From contig CM102289.1 in NCBI GenBank assembly GCA_046563655.1, forward strand, positions 7,998,001-8,062,000: a stretch of DNA of 64,000 nucleotides, in the 5' to 3' direction. Position numbers and translations under genes: made by a program. Source of the stretch: Yuukianura sp. NJ FZ-2021 (Eukaryota). The notes beneath the pieces are model-generated. The model was given only the letters and a program-made list of their open reading frames with translations. It did no database searches and was not told the origin of the DNA. Below, one piece after another: positions 38,315-51,400 of the stretch (the first letter of the stretch is position 1; each line of letters begins with the position of its first letter).

Positions 38315-38965
38315 CTAGTTGAAACTTGGGCATCGCACACCAGCTCGCATTGAGGCATTCAGTTCAGCCCATTCCTACCAAAAATTTAGTAATTAATTGA
38401 AACAATCAACTTTCGTGGTCAATTCACACGTCATTTCACATGTCACTTACTTTTGGGTATTGGTTTTGCACATGATTTATGATTTTGCCCATGTTGGCTC
38501 TTTCATTAGCCGAACATGAGCGACACTGCGTAGCAGCAACTTGCGGTATCACAACTAAAAAACAGAAAATTTTAAAAATAGAATCTCGAACAAGAGAAAA
38601 ATAACTCAAAAGCAAGTAATTTCAAGTTCAAAAGCAAAAAAATTCCAACTACAAAGTTTTAAAAAAAAATTCTCAAAGGATTGAAAAATTTTGATTTAAT
38701 CAAACCTTTCAGTTCTTCTCCAATCTTGTCACAAGGGCCTTTACACTGCAAGCATCTAATTTGACGCTGAACAACTACTGGATTTCTAAGCATGGCGTCC
38801 ACATTATGCGCTCTGAATTAAAAAAAAATCAAAATTTTGATATTTTAGGGTTTTTTTTTCAATTTTGCAAATGTGTAGTTACCTGGCGCTGTTAAGGACT
38901 CCAGCGTCTACGGAATAGACCAAAATTGTTGCTAGGAGACCAAGAAAAAACAATATTCTGATCAT
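38315..38965 (-). CDS. Chemosensory protein (CSP/OS-D family) with 6 Cys and 4 exons; absent from the ORF track
   Basis: Spliced translation: MIRILFFLGLLATILVYSVDAGVLNSAR|AHNVDAMLRNPVVVQRQIRCLQCKGPCDKIGEELK|VVIPQVAATQCRSCSANERANMGKIINHVQNQYPK|EWAELNASMRAGVRCPSFN*. All introns are GT-AG. Confidence 0.88.
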
Positions 38966-40279
38966 GATTTTTGAGTTTTGAGTTCTGCTGTTCAAAAGAG
39001 AGCCAAAAATGTTCTTTAACACTCAATTTTTTTGAACTGGCGCGTTCTCCCTTGAAATCAAAACTGGAAGGGCTCACTTAAGGGCCCCTTTAGACAATTC
39101 CTGAGATTAAACCAGGGGTTTCGAGATGGCCTACTTTTGGGAAGTCGAAGGTCGTCTGGCCCTTGGAAATCCCAGATTTCTTTTTTACTTGTTCAAATGC
39201 ACAACGAACGACCCTGTATGCATCCAAATCCTTGTAGTGAAGGCCAAAATTATTCCGACGAAACTTTCCTTTATAACACATCACATAACTTTTAGAACAT
39301 AACTTATACTGATGAATGGATGTTGCATGAATGCACAACATTAGGAAGAAACCATCTTGGAACATTCTGGATATATGACAACATGCAACTGATACCAAAG
39401 CCATTTACACAATTGGTTTCCAAATTTAGAAACTCCAGAAATGCAGTTTTTCCAAATTTTGAGACTCCGGAATTAATTTTCAGAGGAAAGAAAGAATTTT
39501 TTTTTAGATGAGCCTAAACTTCAGCAAAAATTAGACAATTTATTAGACAAAATTAACAGAAATACAAAAGTGCGGTCGAAGCTTTACAAAAAATTTCAAT
39601 TGTTTTTAATCTTCTGATTCCAAAGCTTTCTTTTCGCTGTGGGAAGCTCCTGCCGAGTTTCAGGAAGAATTTTCAAAATTTGGCCAAAACAAGTAAACAA
39701 TGACGAAAAGTTTTCGACATTTTGAAAACAATGTTGTGGGAAACATGTTAAGTTTTCCTTATGATTATTTGAAGGTTTTGCAATAAATATAAATGAAAGA
39801 GTTTATACAAAAAGCTGGTAATTTTGTTTCTCCTATACATTTTTTTCATTTCATCGCCCATCTCCCACAATGCAAAAATTTAGAAACTCAATTTTATAGT
39901 TACGCACAAATTGGAATTTTTGTAGAAGTTGAAACAGTTTGGAAGTTTTATGGCACTAAAATTTAAAAAATGAAAATGGTGAGACTCTTGTGCTGAATTC
40001 GATGACAAAAAAATCGAAGGTGAATTAGGTCAAGCCACCAAGGAACTCACCTTCACTCATCAACAAAAATAAATAGTTGACCAAGGAAAGATTGGACAAT
40101 GAGCAAATAGTTATTTCCATTATTCATGAATTATTCAAGGAACTTGAGTAACAAAGCAAACAAGTGGCAATTACCAAGGAAGTTTATACAAGAACATCTT
40201 TGAAGTGTATTTAAAGTTGCAGTAAGTGCCATAACTTAATTAAGGTATAGAGAGTGTTATGTAATGAATGGTGATGAGG

Positions 40280-41451
40280 CTACTGTCCTCTGGCTTTGGC
40301 CAGCAGTTCCTTCTGTTCTTGCTCAGATTTGCTGTTAAACTCCTTCTGGGCATCTCGTACAATTTGACCAATTTCTGCAAGAGAAATTTTCTCAGTTGTT
40401 GTGGGGGGCCCTGTGTAAGGGACGGTCCCTTCAGAAGCTTCTGTGGCCACACCAACGGCTTTGACTCCAAATTGTTCCTCAAATCTCTTGATTTCATCAG
40501 CAGAGATCACTTTTCCACCCTAAATTAAGAAAAAAACAAACAAAAATTCTTTTAGAAAAAAGTAAGGAGTGGCGTGAAGAAGAAATAAAAATCGACGTAA
40601 AAGTTGACGTAAATAAAAGAATTCGCTTGATTCTGAATTCCCGTTTTTTATGCAACATGATTGCCTTGTGAAACTTTTGGCGCAAAAAAAAAGTTGCGCA
40701 ATTATTCTAAATTGGTGACTCAAAAAATTCCTGGAAAAGTACCTTAAAAGTAAGCCTAATCTAAAAGTTAATCTAACTTACTTGGTATTTCTTGACGGCG
40801 TCATCCCATTCCTTTGGATAATTTTGTTGAATGTAGGCGACAATTCGTCCAGCTTGTTTCCTTTGTTCAGGGTTGCAGTTACGGCACTGATTCGTCAAAA
40901 GTTCTGGAATTGTTACTGTACAAAACAATGGAAATTATTATTAAACAGTAAAAAAAAATGCAGAGTTTAAAAAAACAAAATGAAAGAAAGCCGTTTCTTT
41001 ATGTTTTTGCATGTAAGATTTGTCGAATTTTTATTCCACGGAAAAAGTGGAGCAAATAGTTTTGTTGCAAGCAAAATTGGAGAATCCTTGCATTTTTTGT
41101 TGCTCTATTTGGGAAAACCCAACAGGAAAAAATATTAATTAAAAAAAACAAGTCTTACTTTTCAGGTATTTGCCAATACGATCACAAGGTCCATCATAAA
41201 TTACACATTTGAGTTGGAACATAACAGCGCGTTTGTTCTAAAAAAATGGCAAAAATACAACACTAAGATTCCGTAAATTTAGAAATGTTTCAAAGTAGGT
41301 TCAGAAATTTTACTTTTCTTCTTACCTTGAAATAATTTTCTATATTAATATTTTGAAATTCTCTGGGAATTCCTTGGCGTTTGACACGTATTGAAGCAGC
41401 ATCGGCTGAAATAGCAACTGCTAGTAAAGTTAACAAAAGTAGTTTGGCCAT
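40280..41451 (-). CDS. Chemosensory protein (CSP/OS-D family) with a ~80-aa C-terminal extension, 4 exons
   Basis: MAKLLLLTLLAVAISADA signal, RVKR, FQNINIENYFK|NKRAVMFQLKCVIYDGPCDRIGKYLK|ITIPELLTNQCRNC...YPKEWDDAVKKYQ|GGKVISADE...ARGQ*. Confidence 0.88.
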
Positions 41452-43901
41452 CACTGATTCTTCAACTACTGATCTCCAACCTGCCCAAAACGAAACTGAT
41501 TTAGTTAAAGTTGCTTTGAGGAAATATTTAGTAATTACGAAAAAACTTGAATAATTATATTTCGAGGTAAGGAAATCTGCTTGCAAAGTTGTTTTTGCAA
41601 AATCGCTCAAGCGAAGTAATTTTTGGTAAGACTTTTAATTCTAGGTGCACAATTTTGGATTTCCTGTGAATAAAATTTACCTTTAAGTAAAGCAGAAAAG
41701 TTATGTAAGAGTTATAAAAGGCTACACGCTTGGAAGACACTTCCACCAAATAAGTTTTTTGGTTTGGCCAACTCTTGAAAGTGAACTTGGACCCAAGCCA
41801 TATACACACTTTTATATGCATTGTTGGATTGTTTGCCAATTTTTTGCACTACGTCACCATCATCATTATGTAGTACTTGGGAAGTATAAGATTTTGGTAG
41901 TGGAGTGACCACAAGTTGCACAGCATTCACTGGTCTGCCTCTGCGTCATTCCAAAGGTTTAAGGATTTTGCAAACTGGCAGCATTTCTATGTAGCTTTTG
42001 GCGGTTCAAGTCTTGGCTCATCTAACTGGAAGACCTTGTGAAAAAAAATTTTGGTTTTTCAAGATGGTCACTGCAATTTTTAGTTAGTAGCAAAAAATTG
42101 TATTTCCCAAGATGTTCTGAGCGGATTAGAAAATTACTTTAATGTGAATTTGTTGTTTTTTAGCCTTCGTTCTTCTAGTTTTTTACCACCAAAACTTTAT
42201 ACCATATTTTATTACACTTTTCCTTGAAATTGAACTTGAAATCCATGACTAATGCTGCTTAAGTGGACATTTTTTAAAAGTTTAAGTTTTTTGTTGTCTG
42301 GGAAAATTCAAATCCTAATTTGTGATGCTGCGTCAAGTTCAAGCTTTTTAAACTGATGCTGGATACACTTTAAATCCAAAAGTGAGTAATCCAACCTACG
42401 GGGTTCGCGAAGCCAAGTTTCTGCTGAACTTTAAACTTTTTTTCTTTTTGAAAAAATTTTTTTTGTGCAGTAACATTGTGTTTGCAGTAGCACTTGCTAT
42501 AAATTTACAGTTCAAAGAACTATTTGTTTTCAATGACGTAAGCCTCAACTCACGTAAGCATAAACCAAAAGTTGAAGATTTTTATCAAAATGCTCAAGGA
42601 ATTCGGAGAAATTCGCAAGGGAATTGAATGTGCGCTACACCTTCATTGCTGACATCATGGCCAATTTTGCAATTTGCAGAAAATGGACTAAACACATACG
42701 TTTGACGCTAGTGACTTCCCAGGAGTGTAAGGAAAGAATAAGTAAAAACCATTGTGAAGGCTATTTTTGATTTTTTAAGTAAACGAATCTTGTCCTTGGA
42801 GTCATGAAATTGCAAAGTTCGCTGCAAACTGAAACAATGGCACTTTGTACCGTGTAAATTTTTTGTTCAAAGTTAAATTATCAAATTTGAATGTGATATG
42901 GAAATCCCTGATCTCGTTCATCTTTGGTTTTTCTTGACGCCTTATTGCGTGTTTGATTTAATACCACAAAGGTTGATTCATAATCAGGATTTTTAGTCAT
43001 CCATCATGTTATTATACGGAAAAAACAACAACTTGGAAATTGAAATTTGAAAACCTGTATTTTTAAATTGCAATGCTGAATTTCTGAACCTATGTTTTGC
43101 TGATAACATAAAATAGAAAAGAAAAACAAAGATTTTTTCTTCATTTTTGTTTTTATTTAAACCCTTCAACCGCGGTGAATTTTGTTCAGAAGGAAAATGA
43201 AAACTGTTTTTAAAAAATCGAATTTAAAAAATACAGTTTTAGAATTATGAAACACAAAAAAAGCTTATTTGATCAGAGCAATCTGCCTGTTCTAAAATAT
43301 GTCAAAAATGGCGTCCGAAAGTTTGACTTTTTTTCTCTTACCGTGAATAACTTTCTAGGGATATAAATATTATCATCTGTTCTCGTACATCCGTTCAGTG
43401 TCCTTAGCCCTCATTTTTGTATACTATTTTGTTACCAAATCCGTACACCACATTTTGTTACAGTTTTTTTTAAAATTGAAAGCTCAAAAATTTTTTAAAT
43501 GAAAAATTTTTAGCAACGTCATCGCCAAACTTTTTGACTCTACAAACGCAGTTACACAAAAATTTAAGCTTTATACAGAACGGCGCGAAGCTTTTCAAAT
43601 GTGATGTTGCACTTTTGTTTTGTTTTTCTGTGTTAGTCATTTTCTTCACGCTTTGCATTTGCAGTGGATCTACACTATAATTTTTAATTGTCAATCAATT
43701 GTAATTACCTTTGCCAATTTTTAAATTAGAAACATTTGTTTTATTTTGGTACCCTTTGCTAAAGCTAACTCGCTCACTGGTGGGAAGTATATGTATACTG
43801 ATTAAATTGACGTAAGTTTGCTTGTTGCGAAATCGAACCGGACAAGGAACGATTCTTTAAATTAATAATTTTGTTCATCTTCCCCTAGGTGCTGAGAAAC
43901 A

Positions 43902-45210
43902 ATGGATGATACTGGTTGTCCACGATGTAAAACTACAAAGTACAGGAAGTCGAACATCAAGTTGCTGGTCAATATTTGTGGCCATGCCCTCTGCGACAGT
44001 TGTATTGAATTACTCTTTGCTAAAGGTAACTCTCATTGTTATGATCGTTTTGGGCTGAGTTGTTTTGGACGGGGGATCGAGGTTATTAATTGTCAGGGGA
44101 ATATACGTGAGATACTAATCGTTTCTGTAACTTTAGGTGGCGGACCTTGTCCGGAATGTGGAATTCCGCTTCGTCGATCTGGATTTCGTGTTCAGCTGTT
44201 TGACGATCCCGTAGTGGAAAAGGAAGTTGACATTAGACGAAGGCTGCTAAAAGACTACTGTAAACAGGAGGCCGATTTTGAAACGCTCCGAGACTACAAT
44301 GATTACTTGGAAGAGGTACCTACGATATTAATCTAAGCAACTGACGAAAATGCATGAGGAAGGTTTGAGGTTTAGTAATTCTGTTTTTGCTAATTTTCAG
44401 ATTGAGACACTCGTTTTCAACCTTGTTCATAACATTGACGTCGTCGATACCAACAAACGTATTGATGAGTACAAAAAGGCAAACAAAGAACAAATTGCCG
44501 CATCCAGAGCAAGGTTGAATCCAGAACTGTTGGAATTGGAAACACTTTTAGAGGAAGAACGACTCCTCGCCGAACACAGGAAGTTTGAAAATACAGCTTT
44601 AGAAAAGGACGAGAAACTGAGAAAGCAAAAAACCAAAGAGTCCCTTGTTGATGATCTCATGTTTTCCGATGCCGACGCAAACGCAATTCTGGCTTCACAC
44701 AAATCGCAGGAAGAACATGAACTTGCTGAAACTCACGTCGTGGAAGATCTAACGAAACGACGACAACAAATCATCGCTGAGACGGCGGCTCGTTTGAAAA
44801 TGATCAAAACTCAAGGCGCCTTACCGTCATCCTCACGACCACTGTTTTCCACTGGCATTACCGTTGGTGGAACTTCTAGTGGTTTTCTCCCTGTACCTAA
44901 AAAGTCTGAAGAAGTATTGTTCAAGTATACTGAACCGCCGCAGTTCAACCATGGTCCGCCTACCCCTTCGTTTGAAGATTTGCAGTCCATAGCTTCTTAT
45001 CCAAGTAATCTTCCTCCGTTTGGCAGAACTGTTCGATATCCCGAAAAGAGGGATAAAGCGGGTGGATGTCACGCGGAGTACCAAGTACGTCGAGCTCTAG
45101 GCGATGCATTTGCAGACATTTTCTATAATCCTGGCACTGATGCTGCAATTAAACAGTATCCGTTTGCACCGGATGGAGAATCGCCAGCTTTTGGTTATCA
45201 TCGTCTATGA
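43902..45210 (+). CDS. MNAT1: CDK-activating kinase assembly factor MAT1; exons 43902-44025, 44137-44315, 44401-45210
   Basis: N-terminal [13 protein letters not shown]...CGHALCDSC...[35 protein letters not shown]-terminal AGG...RALGDAF. Confidence 0.95.
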
Positions 45211-45385
45211 CGGCTTCTGGAGTGTACCGAAGGAATGTCACCGCTGGAAGTTGAATTCTACGCAACTTCGACGTTTTCAACAGCTAATACTGTGGGTAAA
45301 CTTACAGAATGTTAGCTTTAACTTTATTGTATTCACATTTCTACCTGATTTAATAAGAATATTCACGGTAAGGTATCGTTAATTT

Positions 45386-48175
45386 TTAAATATCGACTCG
45401 TTCAACAGTTTTTGCATTGGTTTGCCCAGTTTTTCCGGTAACAGCGCTATCAGCAACAGTCTCCGTGGCCGCATCGTTGCCACTTGCAGCAACTTCAATT
45501 GTTAGGTCGTCTCCGCAAGTCTCACAAAATTCTTCCGACTGTGGGCCTTTTTTGTCTTTAGTTTTTCCACTTGAAGAAGATGATTTCTTGGAACTAGAAG
45601 TACTCTTCGTACTTCCACTTCCAGTACTTTTCGAACTGGAACTGCCAGTACTGGATGAATTGTATGACGGTCCAGGATTCTTACTGCCTGAGTACCCCTC
45701 GGAACTGCTCGAGTCATAAGAATCATACTCCGAATCATAACTGTCGTAACTGTCAGTCTCGCCCATGTCATTGCTTTGGCCAGGGGGACAGCAGACGTTA
45801 ATCACCGGAACGAATCCACACCGCATCATTGTTTTCCAAAGTGGCGCCTTTTTCGGCTCAACACTAAAAGTAACTTGAGTTCCATAGTCTGATCTTGGAC
45901 TGAATCCGAAATTGAGGGATCCGTCATCTGCTATTCCATTGGCATAGTCGCTGCTGGCAATCTGTCCAGTATATTTCTTGTCAATATCTCGCAGGCGGAC
46001 TCGGGGGGCTATCACGCCAGTAGTTTTTGCTGGATAGTAACAACAGTTTTGTCTCGCTCTCGGTCCACATGGATCCATTCCACTTGGAGTGGTGGAAGGT
46101 TTTTGTGACGGAGCTAAACCTGCCGACTTTCGAGTCATGTATGAGCTAACAGCTGAATACTGGGAATCTTTTCCAGTACTTTTGGAACTGGAACTGGCGG
46201 TGGAACCGGACTTTTTTGAAGATGTTGTGGTGGCACTTGCGTTGCTGCCGGAGGAAGAAGGCTTTTGGGCAGTAGTAGGAGCGGTAGTTGGTGTGGCTGT
46301 TGTTGTTGGTGTTGGTGTGGCTAACGTTTCTTGATTTTCAGAAGCCGTTTGTGGCAACAACGTGTCGTCGTCACAATCTTCCAATGGTAAATCAGAAGCA
46401 TGGAATCCATCTTTGCTTTGGTCTACACTCGGAGGTTCAGAAAAACTCTGCCTAAGCGGATCAACGGTACTGTCTCTGGGATCAGTGCCTTCCAGCATCA
46501 TCGGTTTGACCTTAATGGATGTACTGGGCGACGACGGCTGACTATTGGTCAAACGGGTTACTTGAGATCCAGCTTGATCAGAATGGACAGCCCGTGGCAC
46601 TACTTTGACTTTACTTGAGCCCTGTCCAACAATTGAAAAGTTAGACGACAAAACGTAACTAAAAAAGTTCAAGTTTTGAAAACTGATTCCGTTTTGATTA
46701 CTTTAGTCGAAGCAGCAGTTGGTCGAGATACTGGCGGTGTCGTTTCGTAGTATTCCGAAGAAGTTGCACGGTTTCCTTGACCGCTGAAGATCGTCACGGC
46801 TTCTCCTCCAGAATTCCTGGACTCTACTGACCGCTGCCAATCAGACGGAACAAGTGATCTGTGCTTTTGACTTTTACCGGCGCTTGAGCGATACACTGAC
46901 GACGACGTCGCTGAAGACGCAGTTCCAGCCTGGCCAGGTCGGCCACCAATGGGAGCAGCTTTTTTCAGCAGCAAAGTTTTTGCAAAATTTGGTGACGGCC
47001 CGAGCACATTCCGGTTCACATCGACATCGTTTTCTCCCCGTCCAGAATTTTGAATAGTTGCGGTATTTCCGTTCAAGTCGACTTCGGGAGTTTTCGGTTT
47101 TGACTTGTATTTGTCCAACTTCGCGCCCTCCATTTTCAAATTTGAGTGTCTTGTAGAAATTGAGGTTGGATTTAACCCTTGTTCTAGGTTGACAGGATCC
47201 ATTTTGGTCTGGACATGATACTGATAGAATGTTGGACATCGACAGTACCTACATGCTTGACCGCCGTTAGAGTTAACATTGAAGGGGTCGTTGGAATTGA
47301 CATTGAGTGGATCATTGGAGCTGACGATATTGAAGGAGTCGTTGCCATCGAAACTTCCAGGAGGCGGCAATCTTCGAAGTTTCGGTTTCGAATCTACCGA
47401 CGGTGGAGAGTCGTCCCAGGCTGGTTTCAGACGGAATCCTTTGGGCAGAAGATGCGCTGGGCACTTGACTTTTCGCAGCATGTCCAACGCAGCTTCGTCA
47501 AATAGTTCATACTTTATTGCTGGAGGTTCCGGTTCTTCAAATTTTGGTTTTTCGCGGGGCCGTTTTGGCAATGCCGACCGTGTACGTGTCAGAACAAACC
47601 TGTGCGGATTTCGCTCTTCCTGCTCTTCCTGTTGTAGTTGTTGTTGTTGCTCCTGTTGTGCGGGCTTATATTGTTGTTGTTTCGGTTTATTTTGGTCTTG
47701 CGGTGTGAGGTCGAATCTCATATGTTGCTGTTCCCGTCGTTCCGCTTTGATTTTCTGTTGTTCCTGTTGTTCGGCTTTGGTTTTCTGCTGTTCCTGTCGT
47801 TCCTGTTTGGGCTTATTTTCACCTTGATAGACAGTCGTAGAAAGTATCGGTTTCAGAGGCAGTACTGTTTGGACTGGAGTTGTTACTGGCGGCTGAGGCA
47901 CTAGGATGTCCTGGACACTCTTTTTTCGACTTGACTGACGCCGCTGTTGTGATTCACGACGTAATTTACGTTCGGATTTTCTGTTTTTGCTGTTGCTGTT
48001 CAAGAAATCTTCTTCCTTCATTTTCGAAGTATCGGATGCCTGTTTGAACAAATAACTTTTTTTTTTGTTAAATTTTCAAAGTTTTTGAAATTTTTTGACG
48101 ACATACATCGTTCTTCTGGCCAGTGTCAACACCCTCGCCGGATCCGCTCTTCGGTGTACTTTTCTTGTTCCCCAT
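45386..48175 (-). CDS. Orphan low-complexity protein (~880 aa; Gln/Lys-rich then Ser/Thr-rich, with small Cys clusters); exons 48175-48107, 48039-46702, 46621-45386
   Basis: Two long ORFs are joined by an 80-nt phase-0 GT-AG intron. An upstream 69-nt exon supplies MGNKKST... No domain recognised. Confidence 0.75.
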
Positions 48176-48436
48176 TTTGAATTTGTAACGCGACTACAGA
48201 AAATTTGACCTTCGGGGGCAGAAAATTTGGAAATTTTAAATTTAGTAGAATGAGCGCATGAAAGCTTTATTTTTTTCCCAACAAATTATGAATTTTTGAA
48301 AGTTTCCGTAATATTATTACATTTTGTTATATTATTTATCAGTATGCCTAATATGTAATTCTCTCGTTGTCATAGATTTTCAGTTTACTTTTTTTTTCAA
48401 AAGAAAAATTTGTCAAAATTTCAAAATCGAGTATTC

Positions 48437-51400
48437 TTAGCCCGGTGGTGTTGGACCACTCCATGTTCGTTTGTAAAATGGTAAAATTAGAAGGAAAATT
48501 CCAGACGAAACGAACGTTACGAGGAAAAAGACCCAAAATAAGATGCGATCAACAACTTGAGCTGCCAGTCGCCACTCGGAGACCAAAATCTGCTGTCGTT
48601 CGTTGTCAGTCTGCTTCTGTAGTAAGTACCTAATGGATTTCCCTATGTCATCTTCACTCTGAGAATCAGTACTTGTAGTATTGGCAGCAGTATCCAGTAC
48701 ATTATTGGGTGGATGTAGTTGGTGATGTGATGATCGATGATTGTGGTTTCTGTTTCTGACATGGTGACTTTCTGTCGTATCGTTCCCATTTCTGGATTCT
48801 TCGTCACATGGACAGGGAACAGGAACTGAAGATTTGACACTGTTTTGGACATTGCTTGGAGGTGCGTTGAGTCGTGTCGTGACGGAAGCTGTGGACGTCC
48901 GACCATATTGTTCTTGATGGTGACTTATTAAAACAGGCTTGTTGTGAATTAGGCCTCCAAGGGCTCCTGGCAATTCTTGTTCAAATGGATAGGACACGGC
49001 GAGGTCATGGCGCTGGCGCATAATAAATTGCTTGTCTTCGGCAGGCAGAAGGTACCTGCAAGAAATTTTTTTTAAATCACAAATTAAAAAAAAAAATCAA
49101 AATTTTCTTTAAATTTTTTCGTTTTTCTGAAAATTTTGATGCATTTTATACCTCAACCAGTTCGGAACAGGTTCTACTCTAGGACCGAGGTAGTGCAAGT
49201 TGAGAACAATTACGGTAACAACGACAGAAATGGATGTTATGATCATTACAGCAGTCAGGTAAATTCCTGGAAAATTTTGATCAACATTTTTGACAAAATT
49301 TGCAAACTTTTGAAGTTTTTTCACAATTTTTTCTACAAAAGTTTCGGTAGCTTGCCTATGAGCGGAATAGATTCGGACGTTTCGGGCATCTTTTCGGCGA
49401 TTGCCAGCATAAATACGGAGAAAGCCAGGAGAACGGTAATTCCCAAAGCAACTTTCTCTCCAGAATCCGGTGGCAGGAAAAAGACTAGGAGCGTCAAAAA
49501 CGACAACAGGATGCACGGAACAATGACATTGAAGACGTAAAATCTGAAACCAAAAACATGATTTCCACTCAAACTTTTCAAAATTTTTTCATCAAAAACG
49601 TACAATGTTTTGCGCCTAATTATTAAAGTAATTGTGACATCCGGAAATGGTTCTGGACAGCATGAGTAGTAAACCACGTTTCGTTGAAGTTCTGCTCCAA
49701 GCAGATCCCATTCTCCACTTGGAATGTAGTTGGACAAGTCCACTTCTGATGTTCGATTGGTCACGTCAACCTGACAAACAAATTAGGTCAAAGTTAATTA
49801 AAACCTTGGTCATATCACTCCATCGACCATTTCATATGCTCATATCTTAGTAAATACTTCCGCAGTATCTCATCATTGTGCTATGCTGTTGGGGGGCACT
49901 TTATAATTGTTTCTAAAGATTTGAAGGAAAAGAGATTCGAAACTTTCTAAATTTGGGTGGGATGACCTTCTGATCCTGTTGTTTTGCTCCAAATCTTTGA
50001 CGTTTGTTGTTCACAGTTTATTTCTGGTATGAAACCATTTACATTGGTGATCATTTCAGAAATTACATTGTGTTTTCATATTTTCATAGGCAGCAGAGGG
50101 AGTAACTATTAACAAAGCAGTGAGACGAGAAACACAAATCATGAACTTGGTGAGTCAATTTTCTTAAAGTCAGCGTGCGAAATTATGAATTGCTTATAAT
50201 TGCTCAAAAACCTTTAAAAAAAACAATGAAAATGATTGTTGTGTATATATTTTGGACAGATCTTGATTGTAAGCGTTATACTTGCGGTATCGCAGGCTGC
50301 GATTGGGCAGCATTATGGGACAAAAGCAGGTCATGTTGAAGAAGTGACTACGTACAAACCAAAAGTTCATGAAGTGTACAGTCAGATAACGCCGAACATT
50401 GGCGACGGGAAATTCGAGTACTACGTTGAAACAAGCGACGGTTTAAGAGCCGAGCAAGTTGGATACCTCAATGCCAGACCACAAGCATCACAAGTTCATG
50501 AAGGCGCCTACACTACGTTTGATGAAACCGGAAAAGTTGTTATGGTTAATTACATTGCGGATAAAGGCGGATTCCGTGTTTCCGGACACAGTCTACCCAC
50601 ACCTCCTCCAGTACCGATTGAACAAGTGAAAGCGCGAGAAGACATTTTGAGACAACAGGAAGACATTCGCCAACAGCATTTGGCCAATTTCAGAGCTGCG
50701 CATGCCGTTTTTGGACGAAAATATTAAAAAGTCGCTCAATTTCTAAAAATTTCTTGATTTCTAAATTTTAAAGCAAAGTGCAATCAATTGCACATTTTCT
50801 TAACTTTTTTCTTGTAAACTTTTACTATCTTTGGAGTGGATTTCTTGGAAATGTTTTTCCCAAAATTCTGCCTTAATTTTTTTAATAAAAATGTTTTCTG
50901 TTTTCAAAGCGTAGATTTTGAGATTTGAAGAAAAAGAAATTTCATTAAGTCTACCTGAAAACCGTTGTACGTCCACGATCCAAGTTTTAATTTGCAGATT
51001 TGATCATCAAAGGGAAAGTACGTGACATCCACTGGACTGAAAAAAAGTAAAGTAAAAGTCTAATTAAACTTCATCTTTTTTTTTCTGAAGGAGAAAGTCA
51101 AGTAGGTACGTGTCCATGAATTTTAAATTTTCACGCTCTTTTCATATTATTTACCATGTAGATCTGAACTTTGTTGGAGGCGGCCAAAAAATCTTTCCAT
51201 CGTGATTCACCATAGCTCTGCTGGCAAAATATCCACGCGTGTAGTCGTCCGCTCTAAAAAATGTACCAGAAAAAATTGATTCAAAATTTAGAAAAATTGT
51301 AGATTTTATGATCAAGATTTTTCAAAAAATGATTTTACGAGTTGTATAGGACGATATCTGGAAGCCAAATTTTATCACAGGGCAATCGTATTGACGTCAT

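Noticed and set aside
46622..46701. Apparent programmed frameshift or two overlapping genes at 46669-46672
   Set aside because: Explained by an 80-nt GT-AG intron that joins the two ORFs in frame.
47279..47904. Plus-strand poly-Cys and poly-Leu ORFs resembling metallothionein or keratin-associated proteins
   Set aside because: Antisense reading of the Gln-rich CAA/CAG codons of the minus-strand gene.
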